A stretch of 63,674 nucleotides of DNA, filler included, from 5 parts of 5 records of this genome joined end to end with filler, not necessarily neighbours in it; one strand, 5' to 3'; shown: positions 1 through 10,735, counted from the whole stretch's first letter. The notes: generated by a model from the sequence alone, not told the origin. Numbers and translations: made by a program.

Positions 1-20
1 TCAAACAAACGTTTGTTTGA
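1..20. promoter_or_regulatory. PsrA-type operator upstream of etfBA
   Basis: Perfect 20-bp palindrome TCAAACAAAC|GTTTGTTTGA matching the CAAAC-N-GTTTG PsrA box; PsrA controls etfBA and beta-oxidation genes in pseudomonads. Confidence 0.75.
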
Positions 21-170
21 AATCTGCACTAACCTTTGGCATTGTACGTATACACCGAAATATCGTGTGTTTTGAGTCGATTTTTAGTATCGTCTCATTG
101 TCAGGTCGGGTCAACCCGGTCCTTTGACTGTGAAGACTCATTAAACCCATCGTAGAAGAACGAGGAATCT

Positions 171-920
171 ATGAAGGTTCTGGTCGCTGTAAAACGAGTT
201 ATCGACTACAACGTGAAGGTGCGCGTCAAGCCGGACAACACCGGCGTTGATCTCGCCAACGTCAAGATGGCAATGAACCCGTTCTGCGAAATCGCAGTTG
301 AAGAAGCGGTTCGTCTGAAAGAGAAGGGCGTTGCCAGTGAAATCGTTGTTGTATCCATTGGCCCGAAGGCTTCTCAGGAGCAGATCCGTACTGCCCTGGC
401 TCTGGGTGCTGACCGTGGTATCCACATCGAGACTGACGAAGAAGTTCAGTCCCTCGAAGCGGCCAAGCTGCTGAAGGCTGTTGTTGAGAAAGAAGAGCCC
501 AAGCTGGTTATTCTTGGCAAGCAGTCCATCGATTCCGACAACAACCAGACTGGCCAGATGCTGGCTGCTCTGACTGGCATGGGCCAGGGCACCTTCGCCT
601 CTGAAGTGGTTGTTGACGGTGACAAGGTTAACGTAACCCGCGAAGTAGACGGCGGTCTGATGACAGTTGCTCTGAACCTGCCGGCGGTTGTTACCACAGA
701 CCTGCGTCTGAACGAGCCGCGCTACGCTTCTCTGCCGAACATCATGAAAGCCAAGAAAAAGCCGCTGGACTCCATGTCTCCGGCTGACCTGGGCGTTGAC
801 GTTGCCGCTCGCCTGTCCACCCTGAAAGTCGAAGCCCCGGCTGCACGCCAGGCTGGTATCAAGGTGGCTGACGTAGCTGAGCTGGTGGATAAACTGAAGA
901 ACGAAGCGAAGGTGATCTAA
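171..920 (+). CDS. etfB: Electron transfer flavoprotein beta subunit
   Basis: [69 protein letters not shown]. Confidence 0.98.
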   Translation: MKVLVAVKRVIDYNVKVRVKPDNTGVDLANVKMAMNPFCEIAVEEAVRLKEKGVASEIVVVSIGPKASQEQIRTALALGADRGIHIETDEEVQSLEAAKLLKAVVEKEEPKLVILGKQSIDSDNNQTGQMLAALTGMGQGTFASEVVVDGDKVNVTREVDGGLMTVALNLPAVVTTDLRLNEPRYASLPNIMKAKKKPLDSMSPADLGVDVAARLSTLKVEAPAARQAGIKVADVAELVDKLKNEAKVI

Positions 921-1862
921 ATGAGCATCCTGGTAATTGCTGAACACGACAATAGCAGCCTGAAACAGGCTACTCTGAACGTTGTAGCGGCTGCCAAGGC
1001 CATCGGTGGCGACATCGACGTGCTGGTTGCCGGTGAGAACGTAGGCGCCGTCGCTGAAGCCGCTGCCAAGGCAGAAGGCGTGAACAAGGTACTGGTTGCC
1101 GACAACGCCGCTTACGGTCACTTCCTGGCAGAAAACCTGTCTGAGCTGGTTGCTGAAGTAGGCAAGGGCTACAGCCACATCCTGACCTCTGCCGGCACCA
1201 CTGGTAAAGACTTCATGCCGCGTGTTGCTGCGCTGCTGGACGTTGCCCAGGTTTCTGACATTATCCGCGTTGAATCCGAAGACACCTTCGTGCGTCCGAT
1301 CTACGCTGGTAACGCCATTGCGACCGTCAAGGCAAGCGACAGCATCAAGGTTGTGACGGTTCGTCCGACCGCGTTCGACCCGGTAGCCGCTGAAGGTGGT
1401 TCTGCCTCTGTTGAGCAGCTGGACGTAGTAAAAGACGCTGGCCTGTCTTCCTTCGTTGGTGAAGAGAAAGCCCAGTCTGATCGTCCGGACCTGGCTTCTG
1501 CCGGTATCGTTATCTCCGGCGGCCGTGGAATGCAGAACGGCGACAACTTCAAGATGCTGGAGCAGGTTGCTGATCTGCTGGGCGCTGCGGTTGGTGCTTC
1601 CCGTGCCGCTGTTGATGCCGGCTTCGTGCCGAACGACATGCAGGTTGGTCAGACCGGCAAGATCGTTGCTCCGCAGCTGTACGTTGCGGTTGGCATCTCC
1701 GGTGCCATCCAGCATCTGGCGGGCATGTCTGATTCCAAGGTGATCGTTGCGATCAACAAGGACGAAGAAGCCCCGATCTTCCAGGTGGCCGACTACGGCC
1801 TGGTTGCAGACCTGTTCGAAGCAGTTCCGCAGCTGGAAGAGGAACTGAAGAAAGTTCTGTAA
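921..1862 (+). CDS. etfA: Electron transfer flavoprotein alpha subunit
   Basis: [36 protein letters not shown]; abuts etfB. Confidence 0.98.
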   Translation: MSILVIAEHDNSSLKQATLNVVAAAKAIGGDIDVLVAGENVGAVAEAAAKAEGVNKVLVADNAAYGHFLAENLSELVAEVGKGYSHILTSAGTTGKDFMPRVAALLDVAQVSDIIRVESEDTFVRPIYAGNAIATVKASDSIKVVTVRPTAFDPVAAEGGSASVEQLDVVKDAGLSSFVGEEKAQSDRPDLASAGIVISGGRGMQNGDNFKMLEQVADLLGAAVGASRAAVDAGFVPNDMQVGQTGKIVAPQLYVAVGISGAIQHLAGMSDSKVIVAINKDEEAPIFQVADYGLVADLFEAVPQLEEELKKVL

Positions 1863-1880
1863 CTTTCTGAAGTTTCAGAA

Positions 1881-1915
1881 AAAGAAGGCGCCTCAGGGCG
1901 CCTTCTTTGTTTTTG
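1881..1915. terminator. Bidirectional intrinsic terminator
   Basis: 12-bp stem AAAGAAGGCGCC-tcag-GGCGCCTTCTTT with T/A tracts on both sides; loop contains the stop codon of the convergent gene. Confidence 0.85.
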
Positions 1916-2348
1916 AAACAATGCGTTTTTCCGCTTTGCCGATGATCAGTGTATCCGCGAGGATATGCAGTGCCCGGTTAGAGGTTCTCACCGCTTTGTA
2001 CACCTGCTCGCTCTTCTGGTGGTGGGATTGCTTTATCCGGCGGGCGCTGTCCCGGAACTCATCGTCCCGGGAAAACAGGTCAATCAGGCCAAACGTGGTG
2101 TTGGCGATGGCTTTGTGGACTTTCTCGACTGCGGTCGCGCCGCCGGACACCGTTTCTTCCAGCAACCGGGCGCGGTTGCGAACCTCCATCAGGTCCATCC
2201 GGCTTTTCTGAATAGCGCTCAGGGCACCTATTCGATGGGCATTCAGGATTCTCAGGTCGCGCCGGTTACCATTGGACAGCCGGAATGCAGCGAACAACAG
2301 TATTGCGCTGCCGGCCAGACACATCAGGCTAACGATCAGTAACAGCAT
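1893..2348 (-). CDS. Hypothetical protein, N-terminal membrane anchor, helical
   Basis: 151 aa, hydrophobic N-terminus, AGGAG RBS upstream. Confidence 0.75.
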   Translation of the reverse strand: MLLLIVSLMCLAGSAILLFAAFRLSNGNRRDLRILNAHRIGALSAIQKSRMDLMEVRNRARLLEETVSGGATAVEKVHKAIANTTFGLIDLFSRDDEFRDSARRIKQSHHQKSEQVYKAVRTSNRALHILADTLIIGKAEKRIVSKTKKAP

Positions 2349-2372
2349 GGCAGGGCTCCTGTTGCTGTTGTA

Positions 2373-2702
2373 TTAGCGATACTCAATGTGCATATCTACC
2401 TCAATGTCCCGCTCGTCCAGCTCCCGCTCCAGCTCTTTCATCACTTCCTGATAGACCATTTTCCGGGTCATTACTGGTAGGCGGTCGGCCAGCACCCGTC
2501 CGGTGCGGGATTCGCGTTTGGCCAAGGCAATCGGATCCCGTACCCGTAACGTAAGCACCAGCTCAGGATCCTGATGTGTGTCGCTGATATCCTCGCTTTC
2601 CAGCATTTGCTTGATCATCTTTCGCTGCTCAAGTACTTGCCAGACCAGCAGGGCGCTGAAAGCCAGAAGAAACAGGCTGATAATAATCAGAAAGACGCTC
2701 AA
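2373..2702 (-). CDS. Hypothetical protein with N-terminal TM helix
   Basis: 109 aa, TTG start after GGAGAG; co-oriented with the 2348 gene. Confidence 0.7.
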   Translation of the reverse strand: MSVFLIIISLFLLAFSALLVWQVLEQRKMIKQMLESEDISDTHQDPELVLTLRVRDPIALAKRESRTGRVLADRLPVMTRKMVYQEVMKELERELDERDIEVDMHIEYR

Positions 2703-2860
2703 AGGGGCTCTCCTACTTCAATGACTGGGCAGAGTGTGCCGCAGTCCACAGGACAAACGATTGGCCGGCCCGACGCCGGTTCACGAGTTCACGGGAAAGT
2801 AGCACCACAGAATAAACCTGTTACCATCCATTCATACATTCGTTTGAACAAGGACAGACC

Positions 2861-4102
2861 ATGACAGACACCACCGCTGCGAACTATGACCTTGTCGTGT
2901 TCGGTGCCACCAGTTTTGTCGGCCAGATTCTGGCTCGCTACCTTCTGGAAAACTATGGTGCAGACAAGGAGGTCAAATGGGCCATTGCCGGCCGCTCCGA
3001 AGGAAAGCTGAACCAGCTCAAGTCGGATCTGGGGGCAGGCGCCGCATCACTACCGGTAATTCTGGCGGATGCAGCAGACGAGCCTGCGCTGCGCGATCTG
3101 TGCGGCCAGACGCGAGTGGTCATCTCAACCGTGGGCCCTTACGCTCTTTTCGGCGAAACTCTGGTAAAAGTCTGCGCAGAGACAGGTACGGACTATTGCG
3201 ACCTCACTGGTGAAGTACAATGGATCCGTCGGATGATTGAGCGGTACGAGGCCAAGGCTAAAGAAAGCGGTGCACGGATTGTGCATTGCTGCGGCTTTGA
3301 CTCGATTCCTTCCGATATGGGCGTTTGGTTCCTGCAGCAGCAATCGGAAGCAACCTTTGGCAAACCCTGCCAGGACGTGCGCATGAGGGTGAAAGTCGCC
3401 AAGGGCGGCCTTTCTGGCGGCACGGTGGCTTCCATGATCAACGTGGCCAAGGAAGCCGGAGCCGACCCCAAGTTGCGCAAGGAACTGGCCAATCCGTTCT
3501 CCATCTGCCCGCCGGAGCATCGCTCCGAGAAACGCCAGCCCAGCCTGAAATCTGCTGAGTTTGACAAGAACTTCAACGCCTGGCTGGCCCCGTTTGTGAT
3601 GGGGGCCATCAACACCCGTGTGGTGCACCGCTCCAATGCGTTGCAGGGTGCCCGCTACGGCAAAGAGTTCACCTACGACGAAGCCATCATGACGGGCAAG
3701 GGCACCAAAGGCCGCCTGACCGCTTACGGTATGGTCGGCGCGCTGGGTGCGTTCTTCACCGCGTCCGCCATCAAGCCAACACGCTGGGTGGTCGAGAAGC
3801 TCGTACCCAAGCCGGGTGAGGGCCCGAGCCCCGAAGATCAGGAAAAAGGCTTCTATGATCTGCGTTTCGTGGGCAAAACCACCGATGGCAAGACCATGAT
3901 CACCAAGGTAACTGGCGATCGCGACCCGGGTTACGGCTCGACATCAAAAATGCTTGGTGAAGCCGGTCTGTGTCTGGCCTTTGATGTGAAAGAGGACGTC
4001 AAAGGTGGCTTCTGGACACCGGCCTCGGCGCTCGATGGCAAATTGCTCGAGCGCCTGCAGGCTAATGCCGGTCTGACGTTTGAAGTGGTCGAAACCCGCT
4101 GA
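2861..4102 (+). CDS. Saccharopine dehydrogenase-like NAD(P)-dependent oxidoreductase (trans-acting enoyl reductase family)
   Basis: FGATSFVG Rossmann motif, AIAGR, STVGPY, YCDLTGE, CGFDSIPSD, GDRDPGYGST. Confidence 0.9.
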   Translation: MTDTTAANYDLVVFGATSFVGQILARYLLENYGADKEVKWAIAGRSEGKLNQLKSDLGAGAASLPVILADAADEPALRDLCGQTRVVISTVGPYALFGETLVKVCAETGTDYCDLTGEVQWIRRMIERYEAKAKESGARIVHCCGFDSIPSDMGVWFLQQQSEATFGKPCQDVRMRVKVAKGGLSGGTVASMINVAKEAGADPKLRKELANPFSICPPEHRSEKRQPSLKSAEFDKNFNAWLAPFVMGAINTRVVHRSNALQGARYGKEFTYDEAIMTGKGTKGRLTAYGMVGALGAFFTASAIKPTRWVVEKLVPKPGEGPSPEDQEKGFYDLRFVGKTTDGKTMITKVTGDRDPGYGSTSKMLGEAGLCLAFDVKEDVKGGFWTPASALDGKLLERLQANAGLTFEVVETR

Positions 4103-5722
4103 TCAACCCAAGTGCAGAATACGGTCGGAGGCCAGCAGGGCGTCCGGCCCGTGCCCGAGACACACCACGGTGCGCCCCTGCAGCCAACGGCTGATCTGGG
4201 GCGAAATTCGTGTACGGGTTGCCTCGTCCACACCAGTGAAAGGCTCATCCAGAATCACCACGGGTGCCTGACTCAGTAACACCCTGGCCAGCACCAAGCG
4301 CCGGGCCTCCCCGCCAGATAAACGGTTGCCGGCGCTGCCCAGCCAGGTACCCAATCCTTCAGCGTCCTGGGCGAACCGTTCCGCCAGTTCGACTATCTCC
4401 AGTACCCGCCACATATCACCGTCCCCGGCGTTGGGGTTCGCCAACTGAAGGTTCGCTTTCACGGTGTCTTCAAACACCACGGTCGCTTGCGTGAGGTAGG
4501 CGCAGGGCAGGGAATGACGTTCTCCCCGGCATGGCTCTGCCAGCCCGGCCAGGGTATCTGCCAGGGTGGATTTGCCACTGCCGGAGACGCCAACGATACC
4601 GACGGTGTCGCCTGGGCGAAGCGTCAGCGTGAAGTGACTGAGTAAGGGCGAATAACCCGCGTAACCCACGGTGATATCGCAGGCCTGAAGAGAGAAGCCC
4701 TCCGGCAGTTCGCCAGCAGAACCAGCGGGTGATGCCGCGGCCCTTTCCAGACCGTGGTCGGAGTTCAGGCGGCGCGCAGCAGCACGAGTCGCTCCCAGTT
4801 TGCCAAAGGCATCCGGGAGCATGGCGTAGACTTCGGCCAGGCCCAGCAGGGCAATGGGCAGGAGAACCAGTACCGGGCCGCTCAGAGTGCCTTGCTCGAA
4901 CAGGCGGAAGCCCAGCCACAAGGCTGCCACCGCCGCGACATTGATCAGCAGATGAGAGCCAGCCTGATGCCAGCCGGTTCGGCTGTCGATCCGGGCCTGA
5001 TCCCTGGAAAGTTCTACGCTTCGACGCATCAGCCGGGCCGTGTGCTTACCCGTGCGGCCAGCGGCGGTAAGTTCCGCAAAGCCTTCAAGATGCTCAACCA
5101 GCTCGCCTCGCAGGCTCTCCTGCTGATCGCTCAACTGTCCGGAGGCAGCGTAAGTTCGTAGATACACCAGCCAGGTGGACAGGAGGAACGAAAGCGACAG
5201 AATCACCACCAGAATCAGCGCCACAACACCATCAAACAGTAACCACGCCATTGCGGCAAGCAGTAGGGTAACCACGGCTGCCAGGGCGGCGGGGGCAATC
5301 AGCCTGAGATAAAGCGTGTCCAGCGCATCGACATCGGCTGTGAGCCGGGAAAGCCACTGCGCGCCGGAACGGGAACTGCGCTCCGCTCGCGGCCGGGCAG
5401 CCAGTCGGTCAAACAGGGCCACACGAATATCGGTGAGTAGCTGCAGTACGGTGTTGTGGTTGTACACGCGCTCCAGATACCGGAACACCGTTCGGGACAC
5501 CGCAAAAAAACGGATACCACCGCCCGGCACATAAAGATTGATGTAAGCCTGTATCCCTGCCGCCAGCAACAGGCCAACCAGCGCGGTTTCGGTCAGAAAC
5601 CAGCCAGACAACGCTAGCAGACCGATACCGGAAAGCAGGGTGCCCAGTAGCAAGCCGGCACCAACCGTAAGGCGACCTTTGCGACGGAAAATCAGCGCCA
5701 GCCAGGGCTTCAGTTCAGGCAT
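4103..5722 (-). CDS. cydC: Thiol/haem ABC exporter subunit CydC
   Basis: GIRFFAVSRTVFRYLER, GVSGSGKST, LSGGEARRL, LDEP; start taken at MPELK overlapping the cydD stop. Confidence 0.92.
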   Translation of the reverse strand: MPELKPWLALIFRRKGRLTVGAGLLLGTLLSGIGLLALSGWFLTETALVGLLLAAGIQAYINLYVPGGGIRFFAVSRTVFRYLERVYNHNTVLQLLTDIRVALFDRLAARPRAERSSRSGAQWLSRLTADVDALDTLYLRLIAPAALAAVVTLLLAAMAWLLFDGVVALILVVILSLSFLLSTWLVYLRTYAASGQLSDQQESLRGELVEHLEGFAELTAAGRTGKHTARLMRRSVELSRDQARIDSRTGWHQAGSHLLINVAAVAALWLGFRLFEQGTLSGPVLVLLPIALLGLAEVYAMLPDAFGKLGATRAAARRLNSDHGLERAAASPAGSAGELPEGFSLQACDITVGYAGYSPLLSHFTLTLRPGDTVGIVGVSGSGKSTLADTLAGLAEPCRGERHSLPCAYLTQATVVFEDTVKANLQLANPNAGDGDMWRVLEIVELAERFAQDAEGLGTWLGSAGNRLSGGEARRLVLARVLLSQAPVVILDEPFTGVDEATRTRISPQISRWLQGRTVVCLGHGPDALLASDRILHLG

Positions 5723-7388
5723 CGCGCACCTCGCCGTCATTTACGATCAATACGCGGTCTGCCAATGTCAGCAGCGCCTGATGATGGGTGGAGAACACCA
5801 GTGTTTTGCCGGATTCGCTGAGTTTATGCAGGGCCTCCAGAATGAACACCTCGCTGGTGGCATCCAGCCCGGCCGTCGGTTCATCCAGTAGAATCAGGGG
5901 ATAGTCCGCCAGGAAGATACGGGCCAGGCTTAAACGGCGGGCCTGACCACCGGACAGCCCCAGACCATCCTCGGCAATGCGGCTGTGAATGCCGTCAGCC
6001 CGGCTGTCCACCAGCTCACCCAGGCCCACCTGTCGTAATGCATAGTCGATGGCAATATCCGTCGCATCCGGGGTGGTTAGCCGAAGGTTTTCGGCCCAGG
6101 TACCCTGAATCCAGAAGCCCCGCTGGCCAAGCCATCCAAACGGCTGATTGCCCGGAGCCTCGCCGAATACTGACACAGCACCCGCCTCGGGCCTAATAAA
6201 GCCAGCCAGCAGATGCAAAAGGGTCGACTTGCCGCCACCGGAGGGTCCGGTAAGGGCGATCACCTGACCGGCCTTGATCCGGATATCCAGATTATTGAAG
6301 ATGACCGGGCCCTCGCCGTAACGGAGCGTGACCTCGGACATCTGAATGCCTTGATTGCTAATGCCGTTGTCTGGCCGGATCGGCTCTGCGTTGTCGACAG
6401 ACTGTTCCAGCCGGGCCAGGATCTCGGCACCGGCCCCCAGGGCGGCTGCCCGGTCGTGATAGTGCTGGGACAGCGTGCGCAAGGGCTGAAAGAACTCCGG
6501 GGCCAGCAGCAGGATAAGTAATCCGCTTAACAGCGTGAGTTCGTCGCTTGGGCCAAATTCGATATAACCCAGCAATCCGAAGCCGATATAGATGGCCAAT
6601 ACCGCAATCGCCACAGAGGCAAAGAATTCCAGTACCGCTGACGACAAAAATGCCACTTTCAGCGTTTTCATGGTGATCTTGCGGTACTGGTCGGAACGGG
6701 CTTCCAGCGTGCGGCTGGCCGCCTCGGTTTGCCCGAACAGTTGAAGCGTCGTCAGCCCTCGAACCTTATCCAGAAACTGGCCGGATAACCGGCTGACCGT
6801 TTCGAAATGCTGCTGGTTCAGCTTTTCTGCGCCCATGCCCACCAGGGCCATAAACAGCGGAATCAGCGGCGCAGAAAGCACCAGGAAAATACCCGCCAGC
6901 CAGTCCAGCCAGAACACCAGAACGAGGATGGCCAGGGGAATCACCACAGAGAGGGTCATCTGCGGCAGAAAACGGGCGAAATAGCCGTGCAGCGCCTCCA
7001 CGTGGTCCAGCCACTCGCGGGCCAGGGACGCAGCGGACGTGTCCGCCAGATTCACCGGGCCGGTGGCTTTCCAGTGATGATGCAGTTGCCGGCGGGCATC
7101 GCGCCGCACCTGCTCGCTGCAGCGGGCTGCAAAGCGGGTTTGCAGCCCCTGGCCTGCGGACCGAATCACCAGAACCGTAATCAGGGCCAGAAATACGGGC
7201 GTGAGTTCGGAAACCGGCGTTTTTTCAATCACACCCTGGTGAATCAGCCAGGCCAGCAACACCATTTGTACGATGGTGGCCAGCCCGGCAAGAACACCGG
7301 CCAGAACGGTTGCGGTGATCCAGCGCTGGCTATTGCGGGCCAGACCCGATAGCCAGGCGCGGACCTTTGACCGGGCCGGATCTGCCAC
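5715..7388 (-). CDS. cydD: Thiol/haem ABC exporter subunit CydD
   Basis: YFARFLPQ, PLIPLFMALVG, FLSSAVLEFF, LAPEFFQPLR, YHDR, Walker A GPSGGGKST. Confidence 0.93.
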   Translation of the reverse strand: MADPARSKVRAWLSGLARNSQRWITATVLAGVLAGLATIVQMVLLAWLIHQGVIEKTPVSELTPVFLALITVLVIRSAGQGLQTRFAARCSEQVRRDARRQLHHHWKATGPVNLADTSAASLAREWLDHVEALHGYFARFLPQMTLSVVIPLAILVLVFWLDWLAGIFLVLSAPLIPLFMALVGMGAEKLNQQHFETVSRLSGQFLDKVRGLTTLQLFGQTEAASRTLEARSDQYRKITMKTLKVAFLSSAVLEFFASVAIAVLAIYIGFGLLGYIEFGPSDELTLLSGLLILLLAPEFFQPLRTLSQHYHDRAAALGAGAEILARLEQSVDNAEPIRPDNGISNQGIQMSEVTLRYGEGPVIFNNLDIRIKAGQVIALTGPSGGGKSTLLHLLAGFIRPEAGAVSVFGEAPGNQPFGWLGQRGFWIQGTWAENLRLTTPDATDIAIDYALRQVGLGELVDSRADGIHSRIAEDGLGLSGGQARRLSLARIFLADYPLILLDEPTAGLDATSEVFILEALHKLSESGKTLVFSTHHQALLTLADRVLIVNDGEVRDA

Positions 7389-8390
7389 TCAGTGGTACCC
7401 TTCGCCCGCACGCACCTTGCCGCGGAATACCCAGTAGGTCCAGGCGGTATAGGCCAGAACAATGGGAATGACGAACAGCAGGCCGAGCAGCAGGAACAGC
7501 TGGGACTCATAGGCGGAAGCCGCATCCCACAGGGTGTAGTTGGGCGGAACCACATACGGCCACTTGCTCACCACAAGTCCGAGATAGGTGGTGATGAACA
7601 GGCCCATGGTGGCGACGAATGGCATACCTTCAAACCGGTTGCGTACCGAACGCCAGATCTGGAAGGCACACAGCAGGGTCAGGGCCGGCAGAATCCAGAT
7701 CACGCTCAGATTGGAGAACCAGAGCTCCCGCACCATGTCGTCAACAAAGGGCGTCCATACGCTGATAATGCCGAACACCACCAACACGGCAATCAGCAGT
7801 GGTGCACTTACCCGGTAGGCCCACTCTTGCAGGCGCCCTTCGGTTTTCATGATCAGCCAGGTAGAACCCAGCAGGGCATAACCGGCCAGCATTCCCAGGC
7901 CTGTCAGCACGGTGAACGGTGTCAGCCAGTCCAGCGCGCCGCCAACGTAGGCGCCATTCACGGTATTGAAACCCTGGATGTAAGCCCCGACCACAGCACC
8001 CTGAGCGAATGCGGCAATGGTAGAGCCACCGGCAAACGACCAGTTCCACAGGTACCTTGAGGTACGGGCCTTGAATCGGAATTCAAACGCCACACCCCGG
8101 AAGATGAGCCCTGCCAGCAGCAGGAACACACCAATGTAGAGTGCCGGCAGGAAGATGGAATACACCATCGGGAAGGCGGCCAACAGGCCGGCTCCGCCCA
8201 GCACCAGCCAGGTTTCGTTGCCGTCCCAGACCGGAGCCACCGAATTCATCATGGTGTCCCGGTCCTCTTCCGACGGAGCGAACGGGAACAGGATACCCAC
8301 GCCCAGGTCAAAGCCGTCCATCAGCACATACATGATGATGCCGAAGCCGATAATGAATGCCCAGATGAGGGCGAGATCAAACAGTTCCAT
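7389..8390 (-). CDS. cydB: Cytochrome bd quinol oxidase subunit II (CioB-type)
   Basis: MDGFDLGVGIL, PVWDGNETWLV, RGVAFEFR. Confidence 0.95.
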   Translation of the reverse strand: MELFDLALIWAFIIGFGIIMYVLMDGFDLGVGILFPFAPSEEDRDTMMNSVAPVWDGNETWLVLGGAGLLAAFPMVYSIFLPALYIGVFLLLAGLIFRGVAFEFRFKARTSRYLWNWSFAGGSTIAAFAQGAVVGAYIQGFNTVNGAYVGGALDWLTPFTVLTGLGMLAGYALLGSTWLIMKTEGRLQEWAYRVSAPLLIAVLVVFGIISVWTPFVDDMVRELWFSNLSVIWILPALTLLCAFQIWRSVRNRFEGMPFVATMGLFITTYLGLVVSKWPYVVPPNYTLWDAASAYESQLFLLLGLLFVIPIVLAYTAWTYWVFRGKVRAGEGYH

Positions 8391-8392
8391 GG

Positions 8393-9832
8393 TCAGTGCC
8401 CCCCTTCGTTAGCCGGTTTTGCCTGATGAACGCCGTGTGAACCGGATTCAATCTCGAACGGCACATGGGCCGCAGAGAGCGGACGGGCAGGGCGATCAGA
8501 GGCATGCTCTTCATCGTCAGCATCTTCAAGACCAACGTAAAGCACCCGCATGAGGTAATACACGCCGGCACTGAACACCAGGGCATAGACAACGATATAG
8601 CCGATCAACGTGAACAGCGCCATGCCGCCGGTGAGCGAGGGCGTTACCGATTCGGCCTGGGTCATCATGCCGTATACCAGCCAGGGCGCCCGACCTACCT
8701 CGGTCACAAACCAGCCGGTAAGCACGGCAAAGAAGGGCGCGATACTCATAAAGCGCATTCCCTGCAGATACCAGCGGGTTTTGTAGAGGCGGCCACCGGC
8801 GCGCAGAACCAGGCCTGCGACCGCGAACAGAATCATCAGCACACCAATGCCGACCATAATCCGGAAGGACCAGAACACAATCGCCACCGGTGGTTGCTCT
8901 TCGACCGCTACTTCATTCAGACCCGGCACTTCGCCATCCCACTCGTGGGTAAGAATCAGGCTCGCCAGACTGGGAATGCCAATCTCGAAATCGTTGGTCT
9001 GGTTTTCCTGGTCGGGAATGGCAAACAGCAACAGCGGCACATTGCGGGAAGTTTCCCAGTTGCCTTCCATGGCTGCGACTTTGGTGGGCTGATGTTCCAG
9101 AGTATTCAGGCCATGGAAGTCACCTACAACCGCCTGGGCGGGGGCAATGAACAGCAGCAACCACAGGCACATGGAGAGTGCCTTGCGATTGGCTTCCACC
9201 TCACGCCCCCGCAACAGATACCAGGCACTGACACCCGCCACCACAAACCCACCGGTAAGGAATGACGCCAGGGCCATGTGCATAAAGCGATACGGGAAGG
9301 ACGGGTTGAAGATAGCCTCACTCCAGGAGACCACATGGAACACGCCCTCACGGAATTCGACACCGGCCGGTGTCTGCATCCAGCTGTTGGCAGCGAGAAT
9401 CCAGAAGGACGAGATAAAGGTGCCGGTAGCGACCATGATGGCGGCGAACAGATGAACCCCGGCGGGTACCTTGTCGCGACCAAACAGCAGTACACCCAGG
9501 AACGCCGCCTCCAGGAAGAACGCGGTGATCACCTCATAACTCAGGATGGGGCCCAGGAAGTTGGCCGACGCCTGAGAGAAGGCGCTCCAGTTGGTACCGA
9601 ACTGGAATGACATCACAATGCCCGAGACCACGCCCATGCCGAAGACCACGGCGAATACCTTGGTCCAGAAGCTCGACAGTTTGGTCCACACCGGATTACG
9701 GGTTTTGAAGGCCAGGCCCTCAAGTACCGCAATGTAGGAGGCAAGCCCGATGGTAAACACCGGAAAAATGGCGTGAAATGACACCACAAACGCGAACTGG
9801 ATTCGCGATAGGATGAGAGGATCTAGTTCCAT
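8393..9832 (-). CDS. cydA: Cytochrome bd quinol oxidase subunit I (short Q-loop, CioA-type)
   Basis: SRIQFAF..SFH, FQFGTNW, ANSWMQTP, QPTKVAAMEG, GWFVTEVGRAPW; start at MELDP after GGAGG. Confidence 0.95.
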   Translation of the reverse strand: MELDPLILSRIQFAFVVSFHAIFPVFTIGLASYIAVLEGLAFKTRNPVWTKLSSFWTKVFAVVFGMGVVSGIVMSFQFGTNWSAFSQASANFLGPILSYEVITAFFLEAAFLGVLLFGRDKVPAGVHLFAAIMVATGTFISSFWILAANSWMQTPAGVEFREGVFHVVSWSEAIFNPSFPYRFMHMALASFLTGGFVVAGVSAWYLLRGREVEANRKALSMCLWLLLFIAPAQAVVGDFHGLNTLEHQPTKVAAMEGNWETSRNVPLLLFAIPDQENQTNDFEIGIPSLASLILTHEWDGEVPGLNEVAVEEQPPVAIVFWSFRIMVGIGVLMILFAVAGLVLRAGGRLYKTRWYLQGMRFMSIAPFFAVLTGWFVTEVGRAPWLVYGMMTQAESVTPSLTGGMALFTLIGYIVVYALVFSAGVYYLMRVLYVGLEDADDEEHASDRPARPLSAAHVPFEIESGSHGVHQAKPANEGGH

Positions 9833-10016
9833 AGGAACCTCCGGTAACTCGCACAAGTCATAACAAACGGGTCAGCGAACCCGTTCAGCCGCTGCCATAG
9901 TTGATTTTGTTATGTTGTTATTACCGGCAGATATTTATGATGCTACGCAAATCGTAGCAGATTTCGATAGGGCAGTTTGTCGCACCCCTTGATATAAAAC
10001 AATTATGGTGAGCCGA

Positions 10017-10646
10017 ATGAGCTTTTACGAGGAACGAATTCTCCCCCACATCATAGACAAGGCCTGCTCCATGGGCCAGGTGATGAAACTGCGAAGCCAG
10101 GTGGTTCCCCAGGCCCGGGGCCGGGTACTGGAAGTGGGCATGGGCTCTGGCATCAACCTGGAGTTCTACAACCAGGACCACGTTGAGATGGTATACGGTC
10201 TCGAACCCTCAGAAGGCATGCGCCGAAAAGCGCTGCCCAACCTGCAACGTTCCCCCATAAAAGTCGAATGGCTGGACCTGCCGGGGGAGAAAATACCCCT
10301 GGACGACAACAGCGTAGACACCGTGCTGCTGACCTTCACCCTCTGCACCATTCCGGACTGGCACGCCGCGCTGCAGCAAATGAAACGGGTACTCCGGCCG
10401 GGCGGAAACCTGTTATTCCTGGAACACGGCGAATCCCCCCACGACGCCACCCGCAAATGGCAGCACCGCATCACACCTGGCTGGCGCAAACTGGCCGGTG
10501 GCTGCCACCTGAACCGCCATATAGCGGACCTGATCAAAGAAGCGGGCTTCGAAATCCGGGAGCTGGAAAACCTCTACATCCCCAAAGCGCCCAAAATCGC
10601 GGGCTACATCTACAAGGGCAGGGCGACCAAGCCGGAGGCGGCATAG
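10017..10646 (+). CDS. Class I SAM-dependent methyltransferase
   Basis: VLEVGMGSG motif I, FTLCTIPD, LFLEHG, GGCHLNR; alternative start at 10005. Confidence 0.9.
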   Translation: MSFYEERILPHIIDKACSMGQVMKLRSQVVPQARGRVLEVGMGSGINLEFYNQDHVEMVYGLEPSEGMRRKALPNLQRSPIKVEWLDLPGEKIPLDDNSVDTVLLTFTLCTIPDWHAALQQMKRVLRPGGNLLFLEHGESPHDATRKWQHRITPGWRKLAGGCHLNRHIADLIKEAGFEIRELENLYIPKAPKIAGYIYKGRATKPEAA

Positions 10647-10678
10647 AAAGCGGATTCAAAGGCCGCTGGGAAACAGAA

Positions 10679-10714
10679 TTGCGTTACGCCACCGGCCCTT
10701 ATACAATTCCGCCC
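10679..10714 (+). promoter_or_regulatory. Sigma70 promoter of the tRNA gene
   Basis: TTGCGT-N17-TACAAT followed by a GC-rich discriminator TCCGCCC. Confidence 0.7.
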
Positions 10715-10735
10715 TTCAAGAATCTCCCCTCCGAT

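Noticed and set aside
141-1715. 524-aa minus-strand ORF
   Set aside because: Antisense shadow of etfBA caused by codon bias; no recognisable motifs
9901-9925. TTGTTATGTTGTTATT upstream of cydA as a Zur or FNR box
   Set aside because: Only a half-site; lacks the palindromic second half of either consensus
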